NCBI RefSeq assembly: GCF_009914755.1
Contig: NC_060930.1
Source of the DNA: the human T2T-CHM13v2.0 reference genome, Homo sapiens
Direction: 5' to 3' (one strand)
Length of the DNA stretch: 64,000 nt
Of the stretch, positions 13,224 through 26,546 are shown one piece after another. The notes under the pieces were generated by a model that searched no databases, was not told the DNA's origin, and saw only the letters and a list, made by a program, of their open reading frames with translations. Position 1 is the stretch's first letter. Every line of letters starts with the position of its first letter. Both the position numbers and the translations under genes were made by a program.

Positions 13224-14861
13224 CTCAAGGAAAAAAAAAAAAGATTTGAATCAGTCTGTTGTAAAGCATGTTTGTAATAAAACTTTGATATGTCTAACAA
13301 ACCAAGTTGCCTGAAAACTATTTTTGAACAGTAAGATTTCACTGCCCAACATCACTCATGTACATGTATGCAGGCTGGCCCTGACTCACATTATGGATGG
13401 ATGTTGGTAATCAGGAAGAGTAACTTGGAAAAAAGATGAAGGTTACTCCTTGGAACCCCAGGCTTTCTCTAGGTTTCTCCTCTTTCTATCACAATAGATG
13501 TTATCTTTCTTTGTTACTTTAAATTTCATATTAGCAGGTTTATAATTTAAATCAATCTGTCTAGCTCTCAAAAAAATTTTTAATTATCTCTCCCCATAAA
13601 ATAATGAAACTGTCTTCTACAGTGCTCCCCAAGTGTCCTATTTACTAATTTGTGAAATCTGGATTTGGAGAACCACTGGAGACTCAGGGAGCCAGCCTTT
13701 GAGGAAATGCATTGTTAAAACAAAATGGCTGTCTCAATAGGAGGCCATGATACATCTTTATGGAAACACTACACTATTTGCATATCTGTATAGTAAGACT
13801 TCTCATAAACAAGTATAATGCCAATGGGGGAAATTTAGTGAAAGAATGGGGAGGGAAGATTAAAAAATAAAGCAGAGAGAAATGCTAAATCAAGCTGAAA
13901 ATCTGGAGGCACTGATTTTAATCCACAGATAATAGGATCACTGGCCTCAGGCTAGAATAACTTATTTCTACAAAAATATAACAAGTTTTTCACACTGAAG
14001 GAAAGATATAACATATTTTTTAAAACATCATAGGGGGAGTTTTCTGAGACAGCCCTATCAATAATTGATGCCTTGATTCTATTTAGTGTCCAAGCATATC
14101 TATTTTTCACCTCCTCATTTAATTAAAAAGGCTTTACGTAACAGGTGGAGAAGGGAGATTTCCTTATTTTAGCAATTACGAATATATCAAGAAAATATAA
14201 ATCACAATATTCAGCTGAACCCCAATTATTCAGAGATAGCTTACCATTTCTGAGTTATTTGTGCTTCTTTAAAGAATCTTTCTTGTCATTTGATTGTCAA
14301 AACAGCATGTGTTTTTAAATCTAACAACAGTAGGCAATATTACTCATTAGTTTACAGATGAGAAAAAATGAGCCCTAGATTGGCTGAGTCTTGTCAAGGA
14401 TCTCAAGGCTGGTGGGTAGCAGAAATAAGACTTGAAATCTAGCCTGCTGTTTCCAGTCCACTGGGTGCTCAGGGAGGTGTTGTAGGAGAGCCTTGGGAAA
14501 AGGTAGGGAAATCATCCAGAAAAAAAACAAAGAGGAATAAATTTCTCTATGAAAAGACAGTAAGTGTATGCATCATAGCCAAAGGTGAACTGACCCTAGA
14601 ATTCATTTCTGGAAAAAGGACAGAATGTAGGGAATCAGAGCAAAACACACAGAGAACTTCAGTAACCTGAAGAGCTTAGAAAAAACACAACTCAGATCAA
14701 GCGTTAAAAGAGAGTGGAAATGAGGTACAGAGAGGTTTCTCAGCTACTCAGAAAGAGCAATATGGACAAGAGGGTGAATGGATACATATCATTAGAAAAA
14801 AAATACTCAGAGATATAAAAGGTTCCAAATCAGAATAAACTAATGAGAGTTGTCGCCGTAC

Positions 14862-14960
14862 ATTCTTTCTGCACATAGTATGCCAAGATACCTGTGCAGC
14901 TATGGCAGATTTTATGCCTTTGAGCTAGTTGTTTCAGGCATGTAGTAAATCAATTCCTTG
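14862..14960 (-). pseudogene. Candidate exon, 99 nt (alternative in-phase donor gives 14892-14960)
   Basis: tatctcttctctgtag acceptor; reads QGIDLLHA*NN*LKGIKSAIAAQVSWHTMCRKN. Confidence 0.5.
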
Positions 14961-15959
14961 CTACAGAGAAGAGATAAAGTGGATTTAAAAAATAGCAGAG
15001 AAAGAAAAATCTATCTTCCTAATTCTGTCAACTCAAAATTGTAGAACGCCAATTTTGAAATGCTCTTTAAATATAATTTTAATAAATGTCCTTGACATTT
15101 ATGTCCATGGTTCATTTTCCATTTTTCTATATATGCTCTTTTGGGGTCAATGTTCAGAAAGAAATAAATGTTTCCTTTCATCATTAATGCATATTCTTTA
15201 TGTTGTTGAGTAAGAGAATAAAGTTTTCTGAATTAATCACATGCCATGGAAGATATGTCAGATAGTCATATCTAAATACTTATCCTTATTCCCAAACCAG
15301 GTTCTACTTTCTCCATAAACTTTGGATATTCCTTCCTATCTTCATTCATTAATTCACTCAATAATTAATTTATTGGGCACACAATATATATGGCAGGAAC
15401 TATGACATAGGATAAGGTGGTGAATAAGACAATCTTGATGCATGTTTTCATGGAGCTCAACCTGGGGGGAAAGATACATTTTTCCAAACTTTCCCCACCT
15501 AGATCACATTGCTTTCTCTTTCTCTAAACTGTGTTACTTGGCAGCTGATATTGCAAAGTTTAGGACTTACTATGCTCTAATGATTTGTTTGTATTATACT
15601 CCTCCCAACTAAATTATGTAAACCAACATAGAGCAGTTAACATATAGTTCTTATTTTAAGTTCCCATGATACCAATCACAGTGCTAATCATAGAAAAAAC
15701 TCCTGATAATATTTGTTGATAAGTTGATGGACATGTGAATTATTAAGTATTGAATATTCTAATAGGGACCTCTATAAAAAATATTAACTCTTTATTGTAA
15801 AATTCTTTAAAACAAAAAGCAGTATTTAAGTAGCTCTTTAAAGGTATGAATTTTCCAATTTGCTAGGGAAGAATGATTTATATTACATGCAACAGTTTGG
15901 AAGCATGAAATGGCATAAAATATAATTTAATCATAAAATAAATATTTAGTGGCTACTCT

Positions 15960-16190
15960 GTTCCAGGAGTATTCCATGTGCTTATTTATATTGACTTATC
16001 TACTCCTCACAACTACTCTCTAAGGTAGTATTATAAATATTCCAATTTCACAAATTAGAAATTTGAAACAGAGAGAGCTTAAGTAATTTACCAAAAGTCA
16101 CAAAGCTACTAAGTGGCGTAGAAAGATTTTAAACTCAGCAATCCAGTTCCAGAGCCCATGTCCTCATGCAACCTACTATACCACATCTCA
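15960..16190 (-). mobile_element. MIR SINE
   Basis: MIR core: ctcacaac...aagtaatttaccaaaagtcaca...ccagagccc. Confidence 0.7.
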
Positions 16191-17264
16191 GAGTAAAACT
16201 TTTTTGGACTTGATTATGTTACAAATAATAAAATATGAGAATAGAAGATAAGTTGGAGTCAGAAAGAATCAATTATAATGTACTAAGTATTATGAAAGTC
16301 ATTTTTCAAAAGGACCAAGATGTGTTGAATTGTTTTTTTAAGGCAACACTTTTGCAAGACTATATAGAAAGAACTGAAGATCTAAGGTGTGAGGAGAGAA
16401 TTTAAAAACAGGAAGGTAGCATAAGACTTAAAAAGAATAAACTCTGGAATCAGTCTGATGCAGGCTCAAATCTTGACTGACTAATCATTAGTGCTGGTTA
16501 CTGAAATTTCCAGTTCTCTTTCTTCTAGCCATACCTTTGAATCCCTATTAAGTTAAGCAAGCCCAGGTGTCTCGATTTAACCAAAGAAATGTGAACACAA
16601 GTTATATGTATTTTTTATGGGTGGAAGACAAAATATTTCATAGTTTGCTATTTCCCCTATCACTGTGGGGAGAAGTTCACCTTCAAGGTTTTCATTCTCA
16701 GAGATTTTGATGTTTGCTGCTGTAGCATAAACTAGTCTATCCCGAGAGGCACACAGGCTTTAGCACTTAATAGTTTTATCTTAAATTATTTAACAACTCT
16801 GAGCCTTTCTTTATTTCCTCATATATAAATAATGGGGTAATGATGATATATGATTTTTAATTTTTTGTTGCTCTTTTATTTTGTTTGGCATATTTTTTTC
16901 TTAAAGTCTAGCACATAGCTGTTACTCAGCAGATGCTAATTCATAAGGACTGAGATAAATAAATAGCAGAAACACAAGGAACAGATTCTAAAGACAGTCT
17001 GAGGCAAAATAAACAGAACTTGAGTCCAATTTGGTATAAAGAATAGAACAAAAAAAGTAGCTAGAGACGATCCCAAGTTTCCAGTTTACAGACAATATGA
17101 TGGACTGCCACATTATTAACTAAAATAAGACATAAAGGAGGTCAAGTTGAGAGATGATGTCCTCCAAGCCAGGTATATGTATTCAAGTCAGATATTACGA
17201 AGTAAAGACAAGGAACTCAAGTGCGCGTATAAAATATAGAGGAGTTTTAACATTTTTTTCCTAC

Positions 17265-17305
17265 ATGAAGATGCCTAAAATGTTGACTGGTTTTTTGCAG
17301 ACCAC
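17265..17305 (-). pseudogene. Candidate exon, 41 nt
   Basis: aaatttcag | GTGG...TTCAT | gtagga; reads GLQKTSQHFRHLH. Confidence 0.4.
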
Positions 17306-18126
17306 CTGAAATTTAATTGACTGTCAGTATAAATATTCCAGGCACAATACAGAGAAAAATAATTCAATAGGTGAATTTATTCTGTTACAATTTTTGGCTT
17401 CCTTTTCAGTGTTTTCCCCCTTGGAATCTTTTTTGGAGTCACACATAACTGACAGTAAGTATAAGAAACAGAATTCTAACCCTGTTTAATAAACTGAATT
17501 CATGTGTTACTGAACTCCCTGAGCCTCGTGTTCCTTAACTAGGAAAAAAAAAATGAAATGATGCCATGTAACTGATAGAGTTGCTCAAAGTTTAACTGTG
17601 ATGGTATGTGTGAAATACAGAATCACACAGCAGAAACTCTGTAAATATGTTTCCTTTTTCCTTCCTTGTATTAATCTTAGTTATTCCCTTTCTAGAGAAA
17701 GTTTTCCAGGTGACTTTCATAAAATTCTTTGTATTTTATTCCTTCCCAAGATCTTATTGCTGGAAAAGGAATCTATATTTTACTATAAGATTATTTAAAA
17801 AATAATTTTTATAAACTCAATTCTATAATTCCATGTTTATCTCCCTTTTATTTTCTTAAAATGTTTGATCTGGCATGATTTAGCTCAAAACAAAGATGTG
17901 CAAGCAATAAGAAAAGAACCAATTTCTAAAATTTATTTTTGCTATAAGTGGATTCAGCTACAATATTCTCATTAATATATTGGTCAGATGTGATACTGAG
18001 CCAGTCAAATGTTATCACTGCTTGCAGAGAGTTTAACCCACTGAGAGTAAGGATTAAGAGCCATAGCATGAAGTAAAGTTGGCACAAGAAACATCTCATT
18101 TTCACAGAATCATGGAATAAATTTAC

Positions 18127-18151
18127 CTACAGAATGTGCAGTAAAGTAATC
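18127..18151 (-). pseudogene. Candidate microexon, 25 nt
   Basis: ttttaactgttgtag | GATTAC...TGTAG | gtaaat; reads DYFTAHSV. Confidence 0.45.
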
Positions 18152-18176
18152 CTACAACAGTTAAAATTCCTTTTAA

Positions 18177-18557
<381 letters not shown>

Positions 18558-19119
18558 TCATAAACATTGTAAGATATAGGCAAGTAGGGGATATCTTATA
18601 ATTATTTTAATGTTTTAGATCAGCCATTCGAATAGTTTTTATAAGTCTACTCTAAATTCCAAAATTAGAAACAACTCATTTAAGAAGAAAACCAAAAGCC
18701 AAACTTGATATTATAGGACGGTACAGTTTCTATCAAAAATGCTATTATGATGGATTACAAGAAGTACTTTCTTTTAGGGGAAGAGAAAGGTAATGTAAAC
18801 ATAGTTTTAATCCAACTTTATGATTAGATAATCCAGATTGATTGTAAGCATTACTAACTGAGTAAAAAGAGTATGTGCAATTTCCAGTTAATTTTATTAT
18901 TTTATAATGGACAAAATACATTATGCAAGATTATCTAAGTGTTGGTGTTGAGGAATGTGATGTTTAAATACATTATGTAACTTGGAGTAAAATGTAAATC
19001 AATACATTTATAAAATAGTATAGGTGTTTTCTTAATGATATCTTACTTCTGAACCTCTAAATTTTTCTAGTGTTTCAATAATTTCAAAACCAAGGGACTT
19101 GGTTTTGAAAAGGAATATT

Positions 19120-19980
19120 TTCCTCTCTCATCCATGATGGAGTAACTGGCACTGAACATGTCCTCCTTCCATAAACAAATTTAAAACTAGGAAAAATATA
19201 TGAGGCAATGGAGACTGACACTAAACAACAGGCTATAATCCTTTGGAGAAGAAAAGCATATAATGTGAGTTCTGCATTCTCTTCAGCTTCATATCTCAGG
19301 GCAATTGCTGAACTTCTATCAGTGAAGAGAGGTAGCCAAAACTGGGTATGACAGCTGCACTGAGCTGATGATGTTGTGGTCTGATCTCTCTGAGATCAGC
19401 TTTGAGCTACACAAGTGCTAGGACTTTTGATGTACGGTACTGGAGAGGTGGGACCCGAGGAAAATAGGAACACCTGAAATCTATGTGAGGTTTCCTCAGT
19501 GATTATTTGGGCCTGACAGAGGATGGCTCTTGTAGGACTCAAATCTAAATAGAAATGACAGATCAAGCAGAGATCAAGCAGTGCTGAGATGCTGGAGTTC
19601 CGGTACAACCAAAAAAGAGTCCTCAGTGATTACCTTATATGCTCAGGTTAGTCTCCCATAAAGACCATACCTTAAGAGAAAGGAGTATGACCTAGAGCAA
19701 AGACCATAGCCTAGAACTAAATTGAAATCTACCCGTCTACAAAGAATGAAACCAAGAGTCTGCTAGTAAATCAACTTCTGCCAGGGAAAAATTCAGCATC
19801 TTTCAAAGAAGGCAACATGAGACAGAGTCTACACAATATATCATCCATAAGGTGCGTCATATAAAAGAGGTTAAAAAATCCTGATAATTAAGGAGGAAAA
19901 CAGTAAATAAAAAGAAATTTCAACATGACCAAGATGTTGAAATTAGCAGACAAGTATTTTAAAACATCATGTGTAAAGTA
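19120..19980 (+). mobile_element. Old L1M 5'UTR/ORF1-proximal fragment
   Basis: Resembles ancient L1M 5' regions (gatggagtaactgg...; agatgttgaaattagcagacaag). Confidence 0.6.
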
Positions 19981-19984
19981 AAGG

Positions 19985-20765
19985 AAAAATCAGCAGAGTG
20001 AAGAGGCAAACTATGGAATGAAGAAAATTTGCAATTTATATATTGCAATGTATATATTTGATAAGGCCTCAGTATCCCGAATATATAAGAAACTCAAACA
20101 GCTCAACTGTAAGAAAATAAATAATCCAATTTAAAAATATACAAAGAACATGAATAGACTTTCAAAAGAATACATACAAAGGACCAACAAGTATATGAAA
20201 AAATGCTCAACATCGTTAATCATAAGGGAAATGCAAATTACAATTACAATGAAATATCACCTCACATCTGATAGAAAGGCTATTATCAAATGATGAAAGA
20301 TAATTGTCGGTGAAGATGTAGAAAAAATTAAATCCTTGTTCACTGTTGGTGGCAATGTAAATTAGAACAGCCATGTTGATAAACAGTCTGGAGATTCCTC
20401 AAAATATTAAAAATAAAACCACCATCCAGCAATCTTACTACTTGGTATATATCTAAAGGAACTGAAATAAATATACTGAAGAAATATCTGCCCTCCCATG
20501 TTCATTGCTGTATTATTCACAGTAGCCAAGATATGGAGTCAACCTAAGTGTCCATCAGTGTATGAATGCAAAAGAAAAGGTGCTATATATACACAATGGA
20601 ATAATATTCATCCTTCGCAAAGAAAGAAATTCTGTCACTTGTGATAACATGGATGAGCCTGGAGGACATTATGTTAAGTGAAAAAAGCCAGGCACAGGAA
20701 GACAAATACCACATGATCTTATTATATGTGGAAACTAAAAAGGTCACACTCATAGAAGCACTGGG
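19985..20765 (+). mobile_element. L1MA-type ORF2 end/3'UTR
   Basis: Clear L1 3' motifs (ggaaatgcaaatt, caacctaagtgtccatcag, ggaggacattatgttaagtgaa). Confidence 0.9.
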
Positions 20766-21113
20766 TTGAAAGCATACACTCGCTTAGTTGGGGAAGATTC
20801 TGCCACACCTGGAGTACCAAATCACATTCAAAATGAATTTCCTAAGGAAACAATATTATAAATCATGGTTCAGTATGCCTGAAAGTCTAAATCTTCTTAA
20901 GTATCTATTTTACTACTTGTTTCAACATTTGTTAAGTGCTATTCATGTATAAAAAATTAAATCAGAAGATATTTAAGACACAGTCTTTGACTTGAAGGGC
21001 TTTCATAAATTAAATCTGTATAGGTTGTCTCACCTGCTAGACTGTGTTCATCCTTCCACCTTTACCATAACAAACCATGGGAACATTTAATGTTGCATTT
21101 GAAAATATATTAC

Positions 21114-21280
21114 CACTATTTCTAGTAAGTAAAAATCTCCTGGGAATAGTAAGACCTGGAATTTGTTATTTCTTTTGAGATTTGATCATCTCAACAAAAT
21201 CTTTACTGTTATCATGAAGTTCTATATTGATTAAACATGAAGACCTTTAGTTTTTTTGTGTGTGTGGCTATGCCATCCTT
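21114..21280 (-). pseudogene. Candidate exon, 167 nt
   Basis: ctatctttcaaatttcag acceptor, GTG | gtaata donor; 3 stops in chain frame. Confidence 0.45.
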
Positions 21281-21633
21281 CTGAAATTTGAAAGATAGTA
21301 TTCAAAAGAGAAAAAGCGAAGTAGAGTGATCAAGTCCAAGAGTCAAGCATTAAAAAAAAGTATTTCTTATGTTAGCCACTACCAAACATGTTTTTATGTG
21401 ATATGTGAGGGAATTACAAAAAATACAACACAATTTTGTCTTTCAGGGAATGTATAAGTGGATATAAACCTGACACATGTGACAATATAATTAGCTATCA
21501 ATGCTGAATGTGCTAAATCAGATGGATGACGCATTTTTGTTATAAGTATTTAAGAATGAAGAGATTATATAATTGAGTTCCTTACTATCATATTGAGTGC
21601 TATGTTTCATGCAGTGCATTAAGCTCTGTTTAC

Positions 21634-21749
21634 CTCACAGGACAATGTTTTGGAGTGATTTCCTCATAGTAATAAGATGCTTTCCTGGAAGTTTGCCCAA
21701 TGTTTCTCTAAGCTTGGTCAATGTCTCCCTAAGCCCCAAATATCCTTTT
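21634..21749 (-). pseudogene. Candidate exon, 116 nt, acceptor degenerate (AA)
   Basis: GAG | gtaaac donor; reads KGYLGLRETLTKLRETLGKLPGKHLITMRKSLQNIVL*. Confidence 0.4.
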
Positions 21750-22570
21750 TTAGATAGAAATTATCTTAATTTTGTAATTAAGGAAGTTAAATATCAGAGG
21801 TGTTAGAATATCTATATAAGTTTATAAAGATGTTAAGTGAAAGAAATAGGATATGAAATCAAACTTGACTCCTTCCAAAGCTCCTCTTCTTTTCATTTGG
21901 CTACCTTATCCCTGTTCTTTCTACATTTCTATGGTATTTTAAATAAAGTAATAGCAAAACCAAGGCTATTGAAATAACTGCACAGAAATTGTCACTTTTA
22001 ATGTTGATCTTCCCAACAATCCTGAGAATGTCAGTTTTTTTTTTTTATAATCAGTACATTTATAGCCCATAATGCAGTGATAATTTATTTTGGTTATTAG
22101 ATTGTCTTATAATTATTTGCTAAGATGTCTGTTGCCATACTGTGAGTTCTATGACTCACTCGTTGTATCTGTAGGTCTAGCATAACACTAGTCCCATAAT
22201 AGGCACTCTGTAAATTATATCGCCTTGACTCTCTCTGAACCTATTTTTTTCACCTCCCTGATAATATAAAGTAATAGAGAAAATGTATGATATATATGTG
22301 TGTGTATAAATATATATGTATACATATGTATACATATATATGTGTATACATATATATTTGTTTTAAAAGTACCAGGTAGATTGCAGGTATTGTAATATAT
22401 ATAAATGGCTTTGAAATTGTATCATTATTCAAAGGTAATGTATATTATTATTCATAGTAAATTTATATTAAAGGCCACCACACCATTTTGTTTATAGAAG
22501 CTCTATTGAGAAAATTTACACACCATGAAATTCACCTTTTGATTCTTATTGCAAAGCATCTGAGGGGTAA

Positions 22571-23010
<440 letters not shown>

Positions 23011-24134
23011 GAGACTAAGTTTTATATAAGTTAAGTAACTAGCACAGCCATTTAGTAAATAACACGGTTTGAATTGGACTTCAATTTTTCTTGATTCCAA
23101 TCCACTCCTATAGAAGTTGCCTATATTGAGAGGGGAGTCCTCCTAAATAAATTTCATAGGAGCTAGACGTTTAGACTCCTTTTTTGTACATCTAAGATCC
23201 CAAATCCCAAGGACCTTTTCTGTGAAAATATTCCTTCAAATTTTCTCCAGAGACAAAGGGAATCAAAGTAATATCTGTGCTGAACTTTGATGCAGACATG
23301 ATGTTTGGAAGCTTCCAGACTGAGTTTGGGGTTGATGAAAGGAAGCAGATAATAGTAGGTAACAAGAGGTGTTGGTGACATGAATGCTACATATCCACAC
23401 TTGAGACCTGCTCACTGAAGAAGGCTTAGTTATCACATTGTGAAGTAATTACAACAAATAAAAGAATTGTATAGTCTATTAATAAACCAAGCACCATCAA
23501 ATGTAGCCCAAACTTAAAAGGATTCCTGAATCATTTACAGCCTGGTCCCAGTGGGAAGCAGAATGACCACTTTTAATCTGTTAGAAAAGGTAGTGTTCTG
23601 GTAATGTTGTCTTTTTAAAGATAACCTACTTTGGTACAGGTATGAAAGAAGGAAATCAAAAGCATAAAAGGTCAAAGAAGACAGTGATTTGACTATTTTG
23701 TCTAACTCTGTATTTTCATCTCCAAGAACATAGTAGGCACTTACAATGTTATTTGTTGAATGAATGAATGTATGCCAACTGACATAGAAGGAAAATGCTT
23801 GTACACGGCAAGTGACTGTTTTATGGTGCTCATGTATTTTGAGTTGTGTGACTTTTTAGGTTGACCAATTACAGGCTTCAAGAGATTTTTCCAGCATCAA
23901 TTGCATGAAATATCTTAGTGAATTTTCATTAACGCAGTCTCAGATATGTCAAATTAGTAAATAAGATGAGGTCACTGTTCTCAAGTTTATGAATGTCAAC
24001 CACCAAATCACTCCAGTGAAGTAATTTTGCAACGCACAAATGGAATGATCCATCTATGAACAAGGCTGGCTGCGCCTCCGTGGTAAACTTGGCTGAGACC
24101 AAGGATTATGGACCAGGAGATCATACGCTCATAC

Positions 24135-24177
24135 CCAAGAGACCAACTTTGTTCCAAATACTTGTCATGTTCTTGCC
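24135..24177 (-). pseudogene. Candidate exon, 43 nt
   Basis: catttatcag | GGCAAG...CTTGG | gtatga; reads QEHDKYLEQSWSL. Confidence 0.4.
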
Positions 24178-24867
24178 CTGATAAATGTCACTTTCCAGAG
24201 CATAGAAAGTTAGTGATTTTCAGTTTCGACCACTCAGAGGAATTTTATGTCCTTCACAATATGAGGAGGGGGAGTTCAATTCATACATTAAGTTATTATC
24301 TTAGGTACCACACTAAGCAAGGGAGACTTAGCACATCTTAGTAATTTACAACCTGAAAATCACATCTCACACAAGATGTGTCCCTCTAGGCTGTCTGAGA
24401 ACACCTAAGATTCTGTCCAATGGAATTGCCTCGGGTTGGCGTTATCAAGCTCACAAGCCTCAAAATCATTGCCCTAGGGAGTCACAAAACTGAGACTAGC
24501 TGTTCTGGGAAAAAATTGCTAGTTTTAATTATTTTGCTATTTTTGAGATACATTTCTTGCAAATCACTCAAACTATTTCTAAAACTGAAATATTTCTACC
24601 AACTGATACAGTACGACTAAAGCAATAGACACTTTGTGTTAAAAAATCATCAAATAACACCAAAGAATTGATAATTTGGGACCATGTTCTTCATACTATA
24701 GGGTGACTGCAAGGTGCTGGGTAGTTTCTCTGTTTTTCTCCCTTAATTCTTACTCATGTCTACATTTCCATACCAGGAATTTATAGATTTACCTTGAGGC
24801 TTTGATCTTTGTTAGAATACAAATTCTCCAGGGTTAGTTATATTAATAATTCATGTGGTTCACTTAC

Positions 24868-24878
24868 TCTTTGTTAGA
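24868..24878 (-). pseudogene. Candidate microexon, 11 nt
   Basis: cttccttctgcaag | TCTAACAAAGA | gtaagt. Confidence 0.3.
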
Positions 24879-25871
24879 CTTGCAGAAGGAAGACTGGCAA
24901 GGAGGCAAGGGAAATAGTTGAGGCTATAAGTACTGGAGACATCATTCATCCTTAAACTGAGACATGTGCCCAGTAGTCTCACAGGGTTCATTTTAAGTTC
25001 ATCTTTAACAACATATATTGGGCATCTACTGATTAAATGACACTATCTAAGCACTAGTAAGACACTTTATTATATTAGCCTTCAAGAAAAATATGTTCAA
25101 ATTAGGGAGAACCCAGTTTAATATGTGAGAATAAATTCATGTACCAAATGAATTTCTATTTGTATTTACTCCTCTTTAACTTAAATCTTTAAACATAGTC
25201 TGAAGCAAAATATTATTTTAGAATTGGTTAAATCCATAAAATTTCTAGAATTTATATGCAACTATTGGAGTTAATCACTAAAGAAACGTAAGTACAAGTT
25301 AACATTAGAAACTATATTCTAATGTTTGAGTCTGTAAAATAATCAACCCATATTATTTTTCCAAATATCCTTCTTATTCTTAACTATCAAGAAAAAGTCA
25401 TTTATTATTTTTAAATAAAGACATAAGTCATATTATAAACAACAGACGAAAATGCACTAAATTAGGTATGTTCAGTTTCTAACCCTGACATATATGTCTA
25501 TGAAACTGTGTAACATTCCGTAGGTTATTTAGAATCCCTGATCTCTCTTTTATTGCTATAAGTTATCAGGAGGAGATGATTTTAAGGTATCATCTGGGTC
25601 TAAGTTTATTTAATAACATTATATTCTATAAAGTTTAAGTTTCGGCTAGGCTGGTTCCCTTGTTAATTATTTTAAATGGATTAAGAATGACAGACTACTG
25701 TAAGGAGTACAGGAAAATCCAGGGACCTTTATGTTTAACACTCATTATAGCTTTGTGTAGTGAGTTAGTCACTGAGCTTTGAGAGAGGAAGATGCAAAGT
25801 AAGTGAGTGTTTATTATAAGGAAAGTGAGTTTTAACATAAGAGTTAGATTTTAGGAAATACTTATTTTATA

Positions 25872-26545
25872 CAGTCATGCATCACTTAACAATGGGGATA
25901 TGTTCTGAGACATATGTAGTTAGGAAATCATATGAACATCATAGAGTGTACTTACACAAACCTACATGGTATAACCTCTCACACATCTAGACTATTTGCT
26001 ATAGCCTAATGCTCCTAGGCTACAAACCTGTGCAACATATTACTGTACTGAATACTGGAGGCGATTGTAAAACAATGGTAAGTGTTTGTGTATCTAAACA
26101 TAGAAAAGGGACAGTAAAAATACAGTATAAAAGATAAAATACAATACAACTGTAGAGGGCACTTGCCATGAATGGATATTGCAGGACTGGAAGTTGCTCC
26201 AGATGAATCAGTGAGTAAGTGGTGAGTAAATGCGAAGGCCTAGGACATTACTGTACACTACTGTCGACTTTATAAACACTGCACATTTAGGATACACTAA
26301 ATTTATACAAATATTTTTATTTCTCCAATAATAAATTAACCTCAGTTGAATGTAACATTTTTATTTTAAAAACTTTTTAATACTTTTTATGTTTTGACTC
26401 TTTTGTAGTAACACTTGTCTTAAAACACAAACATATCGTACAGCTGTACAAAAATATTTTCTTTATATCCTTATTCTATGACCTTTATTTATTTATAGTT
26501 TTATTATTATTTTATTTTAAAGCCTTTTGTTAAAAATTAAGACCC
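25872..26545 (+). mobile_element. Tigger3-family (Tigger3b/MER7-like) DNA transposon, one end only
   Basis: TA followed by TIR cagtcatgcatcacttaacaatggggata; second TIR not found. Confidence 0.85.
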
Positions 26546-26546
26546 A

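Noticed and set aside
20778-20878. Additional minus-strand exon candidate (ctttcag acceptor)
   Set aside because: Ambiguous donor, stops in all frames, and the chain is in phase without it; possible but unsupported.
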